64,000 bases of DNA from contig CAYYSI010000002.1 of the NCBI GenBank assembly GCA_964474435.1, forward strand, positions 26,193-90,192. Reading direction: 5' to 3'. Position 1 is the stretch's first letter; each line of letters begins with the position of its first letter. Of the stretch, positions 9,320-17,974 are shown in pieces. Position numbers and translations under genes: made by a program. The stretch is from an uncultured Candidatus Saccharibacteria bacterium (GTDB taxonomy: Bacteria > Patescibacteriota > Minisyncoccia > Phycocordibacterales > UBA9973). The notes beneath the pieces are model-generated. The model searched no databases and had not been told where the DNA came from. It saw only the letters and a program-made list of their open reading frames with translations.

Positions 9320-10653
9320 TATGCGAGCTTTGCAGCTATATATGACTCAAGTTCTGAAATAGCAATACGCTCCTGTTTTCCTGTGTCACGGTCACGAATA
9401 GTAACAGTGTCGAGGTTTTCTGGGTTTTCACCGAGAGTGTCGAAGTCGATGACGATGCACCATGGCGTACCAATCTCATCTTGGCGTCGGTATCGCTTGC
9501 CGATGTTGCCGTTGTCATCCCACATGACTGCGCCAAACTTTTTCTTGAGCATGGTGAACACTTCGCGCCCCTTTGCGACGAGTTCTGGTTTATTTTTCAA
9601 AAGTGGGGAAACACAGACTTTGACTGGTGCAACGAGTGGAGGAAGTGCGAGATATGTTCGAGCATTGTCGCCTTCGCCATCAGTTTTGTAACTCTCTGCA
9701 AGTACTGCGAGTACGAGACGATCAACACCAAATGTTGGTTCAATGCAGTGCGGCGTAAATCGCTCCTTTGTTTCCTCATCAAAGTACTGAAGATCTGCGC
9801 CACTTCCCTTGCGGTGTGCTTCGAGGTCGTAGTCGGTACGGTACGCAAGTCCAAGCAATTCTTTTTGTCCAAACGGGAAATCGTATTCAGTATCAACACT
9901 TCGCTTTGAATAATGTGCGCGATCATTCTCTGGTACTTCGATCTTATGAATCTTATTTTTATCCAAACCAATAGTGTGCAAAAATTTCATTTGTTCATCA
10001 AAAAGGGCATCAAATGTTTCATTCACTTTTGCAGCATCGCGAGGATCAACGAAGTATTCGATTTCCATTTGCTCAAATTCACGAACACGAAATATGAAGT
10101 CACGCGGTGCAATTTCATTACGAAATGCTTTACCAATCTGTGCCATACCAAAGGGAAGCTTGGGCGAAAACGTATCAAGAATATTTTTGAAATTCACAAA
10201 CATGCCTTGGGCGGTTTCTGGGCGAAGGTATGAAATATTTTCTTCACTTTCAACTGCGCCAACTGCGGTCTTGAACATCATGTTGAATTGTCGCGCTTCA
10301 CCAAATGTTCCCTGTTTCTCACAATTTGGACACACATCACTTTCGAGATGGTCAGCGCGAAATCGTGATTTGCAGTTACTACATTCAACCAATGGATCAG
10401 AAAATCCTCCCACATGCCCACTCGCCTGCCATACTTTTTGGTTCATCAAAATAGCTGCATCGATACCATACATATCTTCGCGATCGCTCACAAACTGTTT
10501 CCACCAAAGCTGCTTGATGTTGTCTTTGAGCGCGACCCCAAGTGGCCCATAGTCATATGTACCGGCGAGACCTCCATAGATCTCAGATCCTTGAAAAATA
10601 AAGCCCTTGCGCTTGCAGAGACTGACGAGGGTTTCCATTGAGACATTTTCCAT
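9319..10653 (-). CDS. glyQS: glycyl-tRNA synthetase (alpha2 type)
   Basis: KRKGFIFQGSEIYGGLAGTYDYGPLGVALKDNIKQLWW and class II motifs; start taken at MENVSMETL (ATG at 10653) rather than the extended ORF. Confidence 0.9.
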   Translation of the reverse strand: MENVSMETLVSLCKRKGFIFQGSEIYGGLAGTYDYGPLGVALKDNIKQLWWKQFVSDREDMYGIDAAILMNQKVWQASGHVGGFSDPLVECSNCKSRFRADHLESDVCPNCEKQGTFGEARQFNMMFKTAVGAVESEENISYLRPETAQGMFVNFKNILDTFSPKLPFGMAQIGKAFRNEIAPRDFIFRVREFEQMEIEYFVDPRDAAKVNETFDALFDEQMKFLHTIGLDKNKIHKIEVPENDRAHYSKRSVDTEYDFPFGQKELLGLAYRTDYDLEAHRKGSGADLQYFDEETKERFTPHCIEPTFGVDRLVLAVLAESYKTDGEGDNARTYLALPPLVAPVKVCVSPLLKNKPELVAKGREVFTMLKKKFGAVMWDDNGNIGKRYRRQDEIGTPWCIVIDFDTLGENPENLDTVTIRDRDTGKQERIAISELESYIAAKLA

Positions 10654-10660
10654 ATAGATC

Positions 10661-12556
10661 CTATGGTAGCACACGATCCTTTCCTTCGGTATAGGCAGGA
10701 TCTGAGTCAAATTTGGTCGTGATGGTGCTGCGAGTGGTCTGAATCTGGACGTTGGCGACCGTGTCAGTCGCAGTGATCGTTGTCTCCCCCATGAGGACAA
10801 GCGAGTTGCCAGCCTGAGATTTGGTTGGCTTTGCTTTGACTTGGAATGAGACGGTGCGATTTTTGGGCGTCGACGTCATCTTTGGCATTGCGCCGATCAT
10901 CCAGGTGATCGTGCGAGAGTCAGCATTGTACGTGACATTTTCTGATGAGGGCACGATGATGCCTGCCCAGTTCACACCCGGTGCCAGCGTTGCAGTAGCG
11001 GTGATGTTGGTCAGCGCATTGTCAGTAGGCAGTATCGTCCAGTTGATCGAGTACGTTGTCTCTGCATCTGCCTTGGGTGGGTATGGGCCAGTATTTTTGA
11101 TCGGGCCGATGGAGTACAGACCTTGTGCGGCAAACTGAAGGTTGGATGCAAACCTGATCGTCTTTTGATCAATCGTGTTGATCACCTGCTCGACATTACC
11201 CTGCTCAGGGAAATTGCCCTTGATTGAGAGACCAAGTGTGATGTCGCGTGATGCGCTTCCCGATCCAGGGGCGACATTGAATGCAAATGGAAGCACGCCT
11301 TTTTGTCCCGGAGCAATACTTGTGAGGCCTGGATTGGAATCCGTCGTCCAGATGATCGTGCGCTCAAGCGGATCGAAGTAGCTGTCAGCTGCAACTATTG
11401 ATGCAGTGTCGATCGTAGTTCCGCCCAGTGCGAGTGTGAATGTCGGATTCGTGATCGTCTGTCCCGAGTTATTGACCCAGTTGATCGATCCAGAAACATT
11501 TTCTCCTATACCTAGTGCAACAACATCATCAACCTTGCCACCTACTGATATCACTCCTGCAATGAATGGCTGCGCAATAGTAAGTGTCGAGAGTACTGAG
11601 TTGTATGAGACTGCGATGCGATTGCTCGTCTCGCTTTCGGGAGTACCGACATAAATACGAAATGCCTTTTCATCATTTTGCTCCCCGATCAGTTTGCCTT
11701 GGATTGCAATCGTGCGTTCATCCCCTTTTTCGAGATCACCCAAGTTCCACACATTGTTCCCAGAAATTGGTGCAGGCGTTGCAGATCCAAAGATAAAGCC
11801 GTTGGGATATTCGACACGCGTGATGACATTATTCAAAAGTTTGTCACCCGAGAATGTATTTTTAATATTGAGGGTAAATGGTTGGTTGGACACAACCGCA
11901 GTCGGCACATCGACTGTGAGGCCGACCGGACTTGAGCTCACCATCACCGAAAATGTGTTTTCTTTTTGGAATGAAGCACTGGAGCCTGCAAGCTGGTATG
12001 TCAGCACTGCCTTGATCTCGCGGCTGATGCCTTGCTCGCCATAAAGGATCGCAATGAATTCTTCGCTCTTGGTTTTGCCGCTACCAATCGTACCCATAGG
12101 TCGCTCAATACGCACGACATCAGTCCCCGTCTCATCAGTCGCGCCTTTTGGATAATTGATAACAAGTACAGCATTCTCCAAAGCTGCAGCATTTTTGTTG
12201 GTAATCTCAACTTGTATCGGCAACTCTTCTCCTCCCCCAATAAATGAATTGCCCAAAATTGCGAGGTCGACGTTTTTGCTCGAAAGTGTCACCGCACCTC
12301 TATAAAACGAAAACAGTGCAGCCCCAAGTGCGAATATAAAAAAGAGTACTGCAAAGAGAAAGAATCGTTTGTAGCCTGCCGCACTCACGTGGTGCACCGT
12401 TTCTTCTTTGGGAAGTTCTGATTGACCCCATGTCGACTGCGTGTTTTGTTTGACAGGTCGAAGGATACCGAACTTTCGTTTCGGAACGTTTTCGGGATCG
12501 CGGGTATAGAGACGCTGCTGCAACTCTGCAATGTGATCGATCTCTTCATTTGCCAT
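10661..12556 (-). CDS. large membrane-anchored surface protein
   Basis: 631 aa; about 60-aa cytoplasmic N-terminus, a single TM (FFLFAVLFFIFALGAALFSF), then a long Thr/Ser/Gly/Asn-rich extracellular region with beta-rich repeats. Confidence 0.55.
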   Translation of the reverse strand: MANEEIDHIAELQQRLYTRDPENVPKRKFGILRPVKQNTQSTWGQSELPKEETVHHVSAAGYKRFFLFAVLFFIFALGAALFSFYRGAVTLSSKNVDLAILGNSFIGGGEELPIQVEITNKNAAALENAVLVINYPKGATDETGTDVVRIERPMGTIGSGKTKSEEFIAILYGEQGISREIKAVLTYQLAGSSASFQKENTFSVMVSSSPVGLTVDVPTAVVSNQPFTLNIKNTFSGDKLLNNVITRVEYPNGFIFGSATPAPISGNNVWNLGDLEKGDERTIAIQGKLIGEQNDEKAFRIYVGTPESETSNRIAVSYNSVLSTLTIAQPFIAGVISVGGKVDDVVALGIGENVSGSINWVNNSGQTITNPTFTLALGGTTIDTASIVAADSYFDPLERTIIWTTDSNPGLTSIAPGQKGVLPFAFNVAPGSGSASRDITLGLSIKGNFPEQGNVEQVINTIDQKTIRFASNLQFAAQGLYSIGPIKNTGPYPPKADAETTYSINWTILPTDNALTNITATATLAPGVNWAGIIVPSSENVTYNADSRTITWMIGAMPKMTSTPKNRTVSFQVKAKPTKSQAGNSLVLMGETTITATDTVANVQIQTTRSTITTKFDSDPAYTEGKDRVLP

Positions 12557-12580
12557 GCGTCTAGTATACCAAATAATACT

Positions 12581-13156
12581 CTAGAGATGCGTTTGTTTGA
12601 TGGATTCGTTGACGAGAATGATAAATTTCTTGATCGTTGGTTCATCGACGCTTGCAAGTGTTTGTTGAAACGATGCAGTAAACAGCAATACTTCATCTTC
12701 TTCGACTGCAATGTACCCGAGATGCACGAGTGTGCGCCAAATCGCGAGTGTATCAAATATTTTTGCATCCACCCCTTCGGTATTGAGGCACAGTGCACAT
12801 TCCCTGATATGCGCAAAGAGTTCTTCGTGCACGCCCTCATCAATGAGAAATCGCTCAAGGGTTGCAAGGGTGCGCACATACGGGCGCGCAAGTGACTGCG
12901 TTGGGTCGTCAGCAAGCGGATTGAACTCGAGCGTTGCCGAAACCAGTCGCCAGACATCCTTGCCCTTCACAAGGTCGACATCGATGAATGCATAGTCGAC
13001 AAGTTGCCCCTTGAGCTTCGCCCCACTTTTGCGGATCCCTGTGGCAACTGCGACGACAAGCCCGATCTCCTGCGTAAACAGCCAAAACAATTTATTGGAT
13101 TCTCCCGACGGCTGACTCTTGATAATTACCGCCTTGGTGTGATGGATGGTGTGCAT
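12581..13156 (-). CDS. recO: probable DNA repair protein RecO (short form)
   Basis: N-terminus KAVIIKSQPSGESNKLFWLFTQEIGLVVAVATGIRKSGAKLKGQL matches the RecO N-terminal OB-fold consensus (vl..rp.gE.d.il.lfT.e.G...a.Gark). Confidence 0.5.
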   Translation of the reverse strand: MHTIHHTKAVIIKSQPSGESNKLFWLFTQEIGLVVAVATGIRKSGAKLKGQLVDYAFIDVDLVKGKDVWRLVSATLEFNPLADDPTQSLARPYVRTLATLERFLIDEGVHEELFAHIRECALCLNTEGVDAKIFDTLAIWRTLVHLGYIAVEEDEVLLFTASFQQTLASVDEPTIKKFIILVNESIKQTHL

Positions 13157-13162
13157 GAGTAC

Positions 13163-13723
13163 TTATACTATTTCCCCTAACAACTCCGGAAATTCTGAAA
13201 CACCGTCACCTGTTGTGAAATGCCCCTTGTCAGAAAATTCTTTGAATTCAATAACAGGAAGTTCAATTTTTATCTTCTCAACACTTTTTAATATTCCCTC
13301 TTCATCATCTGTGGAATAAAAAACTGTTATACCTTTTGTTTTTGATAGAAGATTTAGATCAATTGTAAAATCCGAAAACCCTGTAACTTTTTCAGGATTG
13401 GGCATGATTGATGGTGCAACAAGTACTACCTTTCCTACATGAATATTATGATCAGAGAGCCATCTCAGCAAGAATCCTCCCCCTCGACTATGCCCGACAA
13501 GTACTGTGTCACTATCTACTGGAAACTGTTCAAATATTTTTTTCCAATCTTCATACACAGGTTGGTACGGAACTGGCATTTCGGGGACATGAACAACAAA
13601 ACCTTTTGTCTCCAATTCTTTCTTTAACCACGGTAGCCAGTGCGCATCTACAGGTTTGGGTTGTGTCGAATCAAAATATTCTTCCTTTTCTGGTCGACCA
13701 TGAATTATGATTGCGGTTTTCAT
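13163..13723 (-). CDS. alpha/beta serine hydrolase (RBBP9/YdeN-like)
   Basis: 186 aa; nucleophile elbow GHSRGG and overall pattern of the YdeN/RBBP9 serine hydrolase family. Confidence 0.6.
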   Translation of the reverse strand: MKTAIIIHGRPEKEEYFDSTQPKPVDAHWLPWLKKELETKGFVVHVPEMPVPYQPVYEDWKKIFEQFPVDSDTVLVGHSRGGGFLLRWLSDHNIHVGKVVLVAPSIMPNPEKVTGFSDFTIDLNLLSKTKGITVFYSTDDEEGILKSVEKIKIELPVIEFKEFSDKGHFTTGDGVSEFPELLGEIV

Positions 13724-13724
13724 A

Positions 13725-16700
13725 TTACTGAATACTTATTTCTCCCCCACTAACCACAACCTCCTTCGCTCCTACAACTTTCTTCAAGTCGTCACCAAAC
13801 TTTTCAACGATTTCTTTTGCTGAAGCTGGAAGTGTGAGTGTGATCACATCAGCCGGTGCAAGGCCTTTGTCTTTGCGGAGGTCTTGGATCGTGCGGATGA
13901 GCTCGCGATAGTCGCCTTCGAGTTTGAGATCGAGAGTGATCTCAGTATTAAGTACGACATCAGCTTTTGGTGGAATGTCCCAGGTGACTTCCTTGACGTT
14001 GAGCTCGTCCTTGATGAGTTGAATCAATTGATCGTCAGTGAACTTAAATTTCACACCGATTGATTGGAGTGGTTGCCGCACTGGAATGTTTGCTTTCTTG
14101 CGCTCTGCATTTCCAAGTCTGCAGAACTCGCGCACCTTTTCCATATCGTGCAATATTGACCAAACAACTTTTTCCGCTTTCGGCCACACACTCAAGTGCA
14201 CACTTTCTTCGTCAGCATCTGTCTTTAGTTTCTGCCAGAGATCTTCTGCGGTAAATGGCGCAAATGGTGCAATGAGTTGTGCGGTCGTTTTGAGTACTGT
14301 GTAGAGTGTTTGCTTTGCAGCAACGTCTCCATCCTTGAGTCGGTCACGTGAACGGCGCAGGTACCACGTCGAGAGGTCGTCACAGAATTCTCGAATCGTG
14401 CGAGTGGGTGTAAAGAGGTCGTAGCTATCGAGACCTTTGGTCACTGCTTCAATAGTTTGGTTGAGTCGTGCGATGATCCATTGATCAAGTACGTTTGCAC
14501 TCTCCTTATATTCCCCTTCCAGTGTCTTGTCTCGATAGAGCTCATAAAACGAATGCACGTTGCCGAGCAAATTGAATACTTTGTTATTGATTTCGGCAAC
14601 GGACTTTTCGTCATAGTTTTTACTCTCGCCGGGTTGGTTGACTGAGTACATCCAAAACCGCACTGCATCGACACCAAACTTGCTGATCTGTTCATATGGT
14701 TCGACGATATTGCCGATGGACTTCGACATCTTCTTGCCGTCTTTGTCGAGCAAGTGTCCAAGACAAATCACATTTTGGTACGGCGTGCCGCGACCCATAA
14801 GTACTCCCACTGCGAGGAGTGTATAGAACCAACCGCGTGTCTGATCAATCGCTTCGGAAATGAAGTCTGCAGGATATGGCAAATCATCCTTGTGCTCAAA
14901 CGGATAATGATCCTGTGCAAATGGCATTGAACCAGAGTCGAACCACACGTCCATCACTTCCTTCACGCGATGGAATTCTTTGCCATCTTTTTGCAAAACA
15001 ACACCATCAATGTACGGTCGATGCAGATCGAGCTCAAATGCATCATTGTGTGGCAATGGAACGAAGTCGATGTGTCGAGTTTCTGCATTATTGAAACTTC
15101 GATACTCACGAGTCGATGCAAAGAGCGTGTTGTAGACGAAACCATGCGCAACGAACTCCATAGCTCGTGCCGCACCTCCATGAGTGACTACGAGAATATT
15201 CTTGTTTTGATATGTTGACTCAAGGTCATAGAGGAATGCTCCTGTTCGAGTGAATACATCTGCATAGGATTCTCCATCAACAGTCTTGAACTGATAGCGA
15301 TCAGCAGAGGTGTTACGCACCGCAAAGAATTCATCCATCTTTTTGCCACTATATTCACTTCCGACATTCCATTCACCAATGCGAGGGTCGGTCTCAACAT
15401 CACTGATCCCAAGTGTGTCCGCAATGATGCGAGCCGTTTCTTGTGCGCGTGTAAATGGCGAACTTATGATCATATCGATCTTGCCCTTCAAGGCTTCAGC
15501 ACTCTGGCGCACCTGCTCCTTGCCTGTGTCAGTCAAGGCATCGTTGTCGCCTGGTACGCAGCTCCATACCTCAGTGAGGTTGTGGATTGCTTCACCATGT
15601 CGTACTGCAGTATATGTGTTCCCTGATTTCTTGGAATAGTTCTTGAGTGTATCAATACTATCCACGACCAATCGCTCACCATCCTCGGCAATCCAAATCG
15701 GCAGTGGTGTCCCCCAGTATCGCTCGCGTGAGATCGCCCAGTCCTTGTCGCCCTTGAGCCATTCACCAAATCGTCCGTCGCGGATATGCTGTGGTTCCCA
15801 ATTAATTTTTTCATTCTCTGCAAGCAATGCAGGACGTACTTTCTCCATCGCAAAGTACCAACTGTCGCGCGCGTAATAAATAAGCGGCGTTTTACATCTC
15901 CAGCAATGTGGGTATGAGTGCTCGTACTTTTCTTTTTTAAATAGGAGTCCACGATGTGCAAGATCCTTGATGATATCAATTGCAACTTCTTCGTCCTTTA
16001 CAAATCGTCCCTCGAGGAATCCAGTGCCTGAGATAAACTTCCCTTCTGGATTTACTGTATGAAACTTGGGCAGCCCCACTTTTGTCCCGAGCTCAAAGTC
16101 GTCTGCTCCATACATGACTGCCGTATGCACGATGCCCGTACCATCAGTCGTTGTGACAAAATCAGCCGCATATACCTTGTACGCAGTATTCAAACTTTCT
16201 TTGTCAGTGATTTGCTCGGCAAGAAATGGGTAGAGTGGTTCGTATTGCATGCCTACCATCTCACTTCCCTTGTGTTCCGTAATGATCTCGTATGGATCAG
16301 TCAATACACTGAGCCGTTCTTTTGCGAGTACGAGTACCTGGTCTCCCACCTTTGCTTCGACATAGTCGATATCATTTCCAACTGCAAGCGCAACATTGCC
16401 CGGGAGTGTCCATGGCGTCGTCGTCCATGCGAGGAAATATCCATTATCAACACCGACGATCTTGAACTTTGCAGTTACTGATAAATCCTTATCATCTTGG
16501 TATCCTTGCGCGAGCTCGTGTGACGCAAGTGTCGTACCACATCGTGCGCACCATGGCACAACTTTGTAGTCTTTGTAGAGCAAGCCTTTCTTGTCGACTT
16601 CTGCGACGATATTCCATAGGCTCTCCATGTATGACGGATTGAATGTGTAGTACGCATGCTCCTTGTCTACCCAGTAGCCGATGCGATCGGTGAAGTCTTC

Positions 16701-17105
16701 CCAGTCCTTGATGTATGTAAATACCGAGTCCTTGCACTCTTTGTTGAATGCGGCAATGCCGTAGGTTTCAATTTCTTTTTTGGACTGAAGCCCGAGTTTC
16801 TTTTCTATCTGAAGTTCAACTGGCAGTCCGTGCGTGTCCCATCCCGCACGACGTGGCACATAAAATCCTTGCATGGTTTTGTATCGCGGGATCACGTCCT
16901 TGAATGCGCGAGCTTCGAGATGGTGAAGGGCCGGCTTTGCATTTGCCGTCGGCGGCCCTTCAAAAAACACAAACTCTTTCTGTCCTTTATTCTTTGCAAC
17001 AGTCTTGTGAAATATATCCCTCTCTTTCCAGAATGCCAAAACAGCTTCTTCGCGAAGCGCGCTGTTACTTTTTTCCGTTAATTTGTTTGTATTTGATTTT
17101 TCCAT
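13725..17105 (-). CDS. ileS: isoleucyl-tRNA synthetase (type 2, Thermus-like) with an inserted PGAM-type histidine-phosphatase domain
   Basis: PPTANAKPALHHLEARAFKDVIPRYKTMQGFYVPRRAGWDTHGLPVELQIEKKLGL, WAISRERYWGTPLPIW, LHRPYIDGV...DVWFDSGSMP and KMSKSIGN. An insertion carrying RHGE...SSPFTRAQETA...THGG lies between PLPIW and HRPY. Start taken at ATG 17105 (MEKSNTNK), immediately after the T-box terminator. Confidence 0.9.
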   Translation of the reverse strand: MEKSNTNKLTEKSNSALREEAVLAFWKERDIFHKTVAKNKGQKEFVFFEGPPTANAKPALHHLEARAFKDVIPRYKTMQGFYVPRRAGWDTHGLPVELQIEKKLGLQSKKEIETYGIAAFNKECKDSVFTYIKDWEDFTDRIGYWVDKEHAYYTFNPSYMESLWNIVAEVDKKGLLYKDYKVVPWCARCGTTLASHELAQGYQDDKDLSVTAKFKIVGVDNGYFLAWTTTPWTLPGNVALAVGNDIDYVEAKVGDQVLVLAKERLSVLTDPYEIITEHKGSEMVGMQYEPLYPFLAEQITDKESLNTAYKVYAADFVTTTDGTGIVHTAVMYGADDFELGTKVGLPKFHTVNPEGKFISGTGFLEGRFVKDEEVAIDIIKDLAHRGLLFKKEKYEHSYPHCWRCKTPLIYYARDSWYFAMEKVRPALLAENEKINWEPQHIRDGRFGEWLKGDKDWAISRERYWGTPLPIWIAEDGERLVVDSIDTLKNYSKKSGNTYTAVRHGEAIHNLTEVWSCVPGDNDALTDTGKEQVRQSAEALKGKIDMIISSPFTRAQETARIIADTLGISDVETDPRIGEWNVGSEYSGKKMDEFFAVRNTSADRYQFKTVDGESYADVFTRTGAFLYDLESTYQNKNILVVTHGGAARAMEFVAHGFVYNTLFASTREYRSFNNAETRHIDFVPLPHNDAFELDLHRPYIDGVVLQKDGKEFHRVKEVMDVWFDSGSMPFAQDHYPFEHKDDLPYPADFISEAIDQTRGWFYTLLAVGVLMGRGTPYQNVICLGHLLDKDGKKMSKSIGNIVEPYEQISKFGVDAVRFWMYSVNQPGESKNYDEKSVAEINNKVFNLLGNVHSFYELYRDKTLEGEYKESANVLDQWIIARLNQTIEAVTKGLDSYDLFTPTRTIREFCDDLSTWYLRRSRDRLKDGDVAAKQTLYTVLKTTAQLIAPFAPFTAEDLWQKLKTDADEESVHLSVWPKAEKVVWSILHDMEKVREFCRLGNAERKKANIPVRQPLQSIGVKFKFTDDQLIQLIKDELNVKEVTWDIPPKADVVLNTEITLDLKLEGDYRELIRTIQDLRKDKGLAPADVITLTLPASAKEIVEKFGDDLKKVVGAKEVVVSGGEISIQ

Positions 17106-17306
17106 ATATAAAAATAAAAAACCCGTCTTTAGAAAACAATCGAAATTGCTTTCCAAGGACGAGTTTCTCGTGGTACCACCTTGGTTACTTCTCATTGACT
17201 GCTATATCGGGCATACCCGTGGGTTCTAGATTCTTGCGAATTTCTTCCCAGAGCTTGGAATTGATAGTTCCTCAAACGCTACTTCCCCTATCCTATCACA
17301 CCTCGT
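17106..17306 (-). promoter_or_regulatory. T-box riboswitch leader of ileS
   Basis: Minus-strand RNA contains AACCAAGGUGGUACCACG, close to the T-box consensus AANNNGGGUGGUACCGCG. It is followed by a terminator hairpin and a U-run that ends directly before the ileS ATG; an AUC (Ile) triplet is available in the upstream stem region. Confidence 0.6.
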
Positions 17307-17951
17307 CTATATTGTCCTCCCTTCTGCGAGTGCCGCTTTGTCAGCTTCCACCATCTTGATCACCTTTTCGATCAGGCGCTTTGGGTCGTCATCAAAGATC
17401 ACACGGTCGCCCGGGCGATTACTCTTTTCAATCATATCTTTGATCTGATCTGCCATTGTCCATGGGCCCTGCAATACGCCAAGTGGCTTGCCATCCTCAA
17501 ATGCGATCGTGAATTCATGAATCGTCCCGATACGCCCGCAGCCAATAATAATCGCATCACAACTGCGTGTAAAAAGGAGATCTCGTCCAGGAAATCCAAA
17601 TCCCGTATAGATAATGAGGTCCATATAGTCGACGGGGAGATGCCAGACTTCGACATGATCTTTTTCGTTCATTGCAGGAGAGAGCCCGATCGAAATACCT
17701 CGTGCATCCTTTGCTCCCATTGCTGCCCATAATGGGAAACCTGTTGTTGCACCCGTGATGAGGATGCCGCCTTGTTTGATGACTTCACTTCCAAGTGCTT
17801 TTGCCTTATCCAAAGCGTTTAGTCCGCAGTGCCCTGTTTCTGCGGCGCCAGAGACGCCAATTTTTATTTTGATATGGCCGTGCTTTTCATCATTGTCCAT
17901 CGGACCGTTGTAGCAGACGTATTGATTTGTTGAAGGTGTTGGTTGGTCCAT
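17307..17951 (-). CDS. TIGR00725/LOG-like Rossmann-fold protein
   Basis: IKIGVSGAAETGH..., GGILITGATTGFP and GISIGLSP motifs typical of the TIGR00725 (LOG/DprA-like SLOG) family. Confidence 0.5.
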   Translation of the reverse strand: MDQPTPSTNQYVCYNGPMDNDEKHGHIKIKIGVSGAAETGHCGLNALDKAKALGSEVIKQGGILITGATTGFPLWAAMGAKDARGISIGLSPAMNEKDHVEVWHLPVDYMDLIIYTGFGFPGRDLLFTRSCDAIIIGCGRIGTIHEFTIAFEDGKPLGVLQGPWTMADQIKDMIEKSNRPGDRVIFDDDPKRLIEKVIKMVEADKAALAEGRTI

Positions 17952-17974
17952 TGAGAAAAACTTATTTCAAAATA

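Noticed and set aside
9974-10552. 192-aa plus-strand ORF inside glyQS
   Set aside because: Antisense to an unambiguous GlyRS coding frame; no motif support.
13725-17195. ORF-caller start of ileS at 17195 (MRSNQGG...)
   Set aside because: The first 30 codons overlap the T-box terminator hairpin and U-run; translation most likely begins at the ATG at 17105 (MEKSNTNK).
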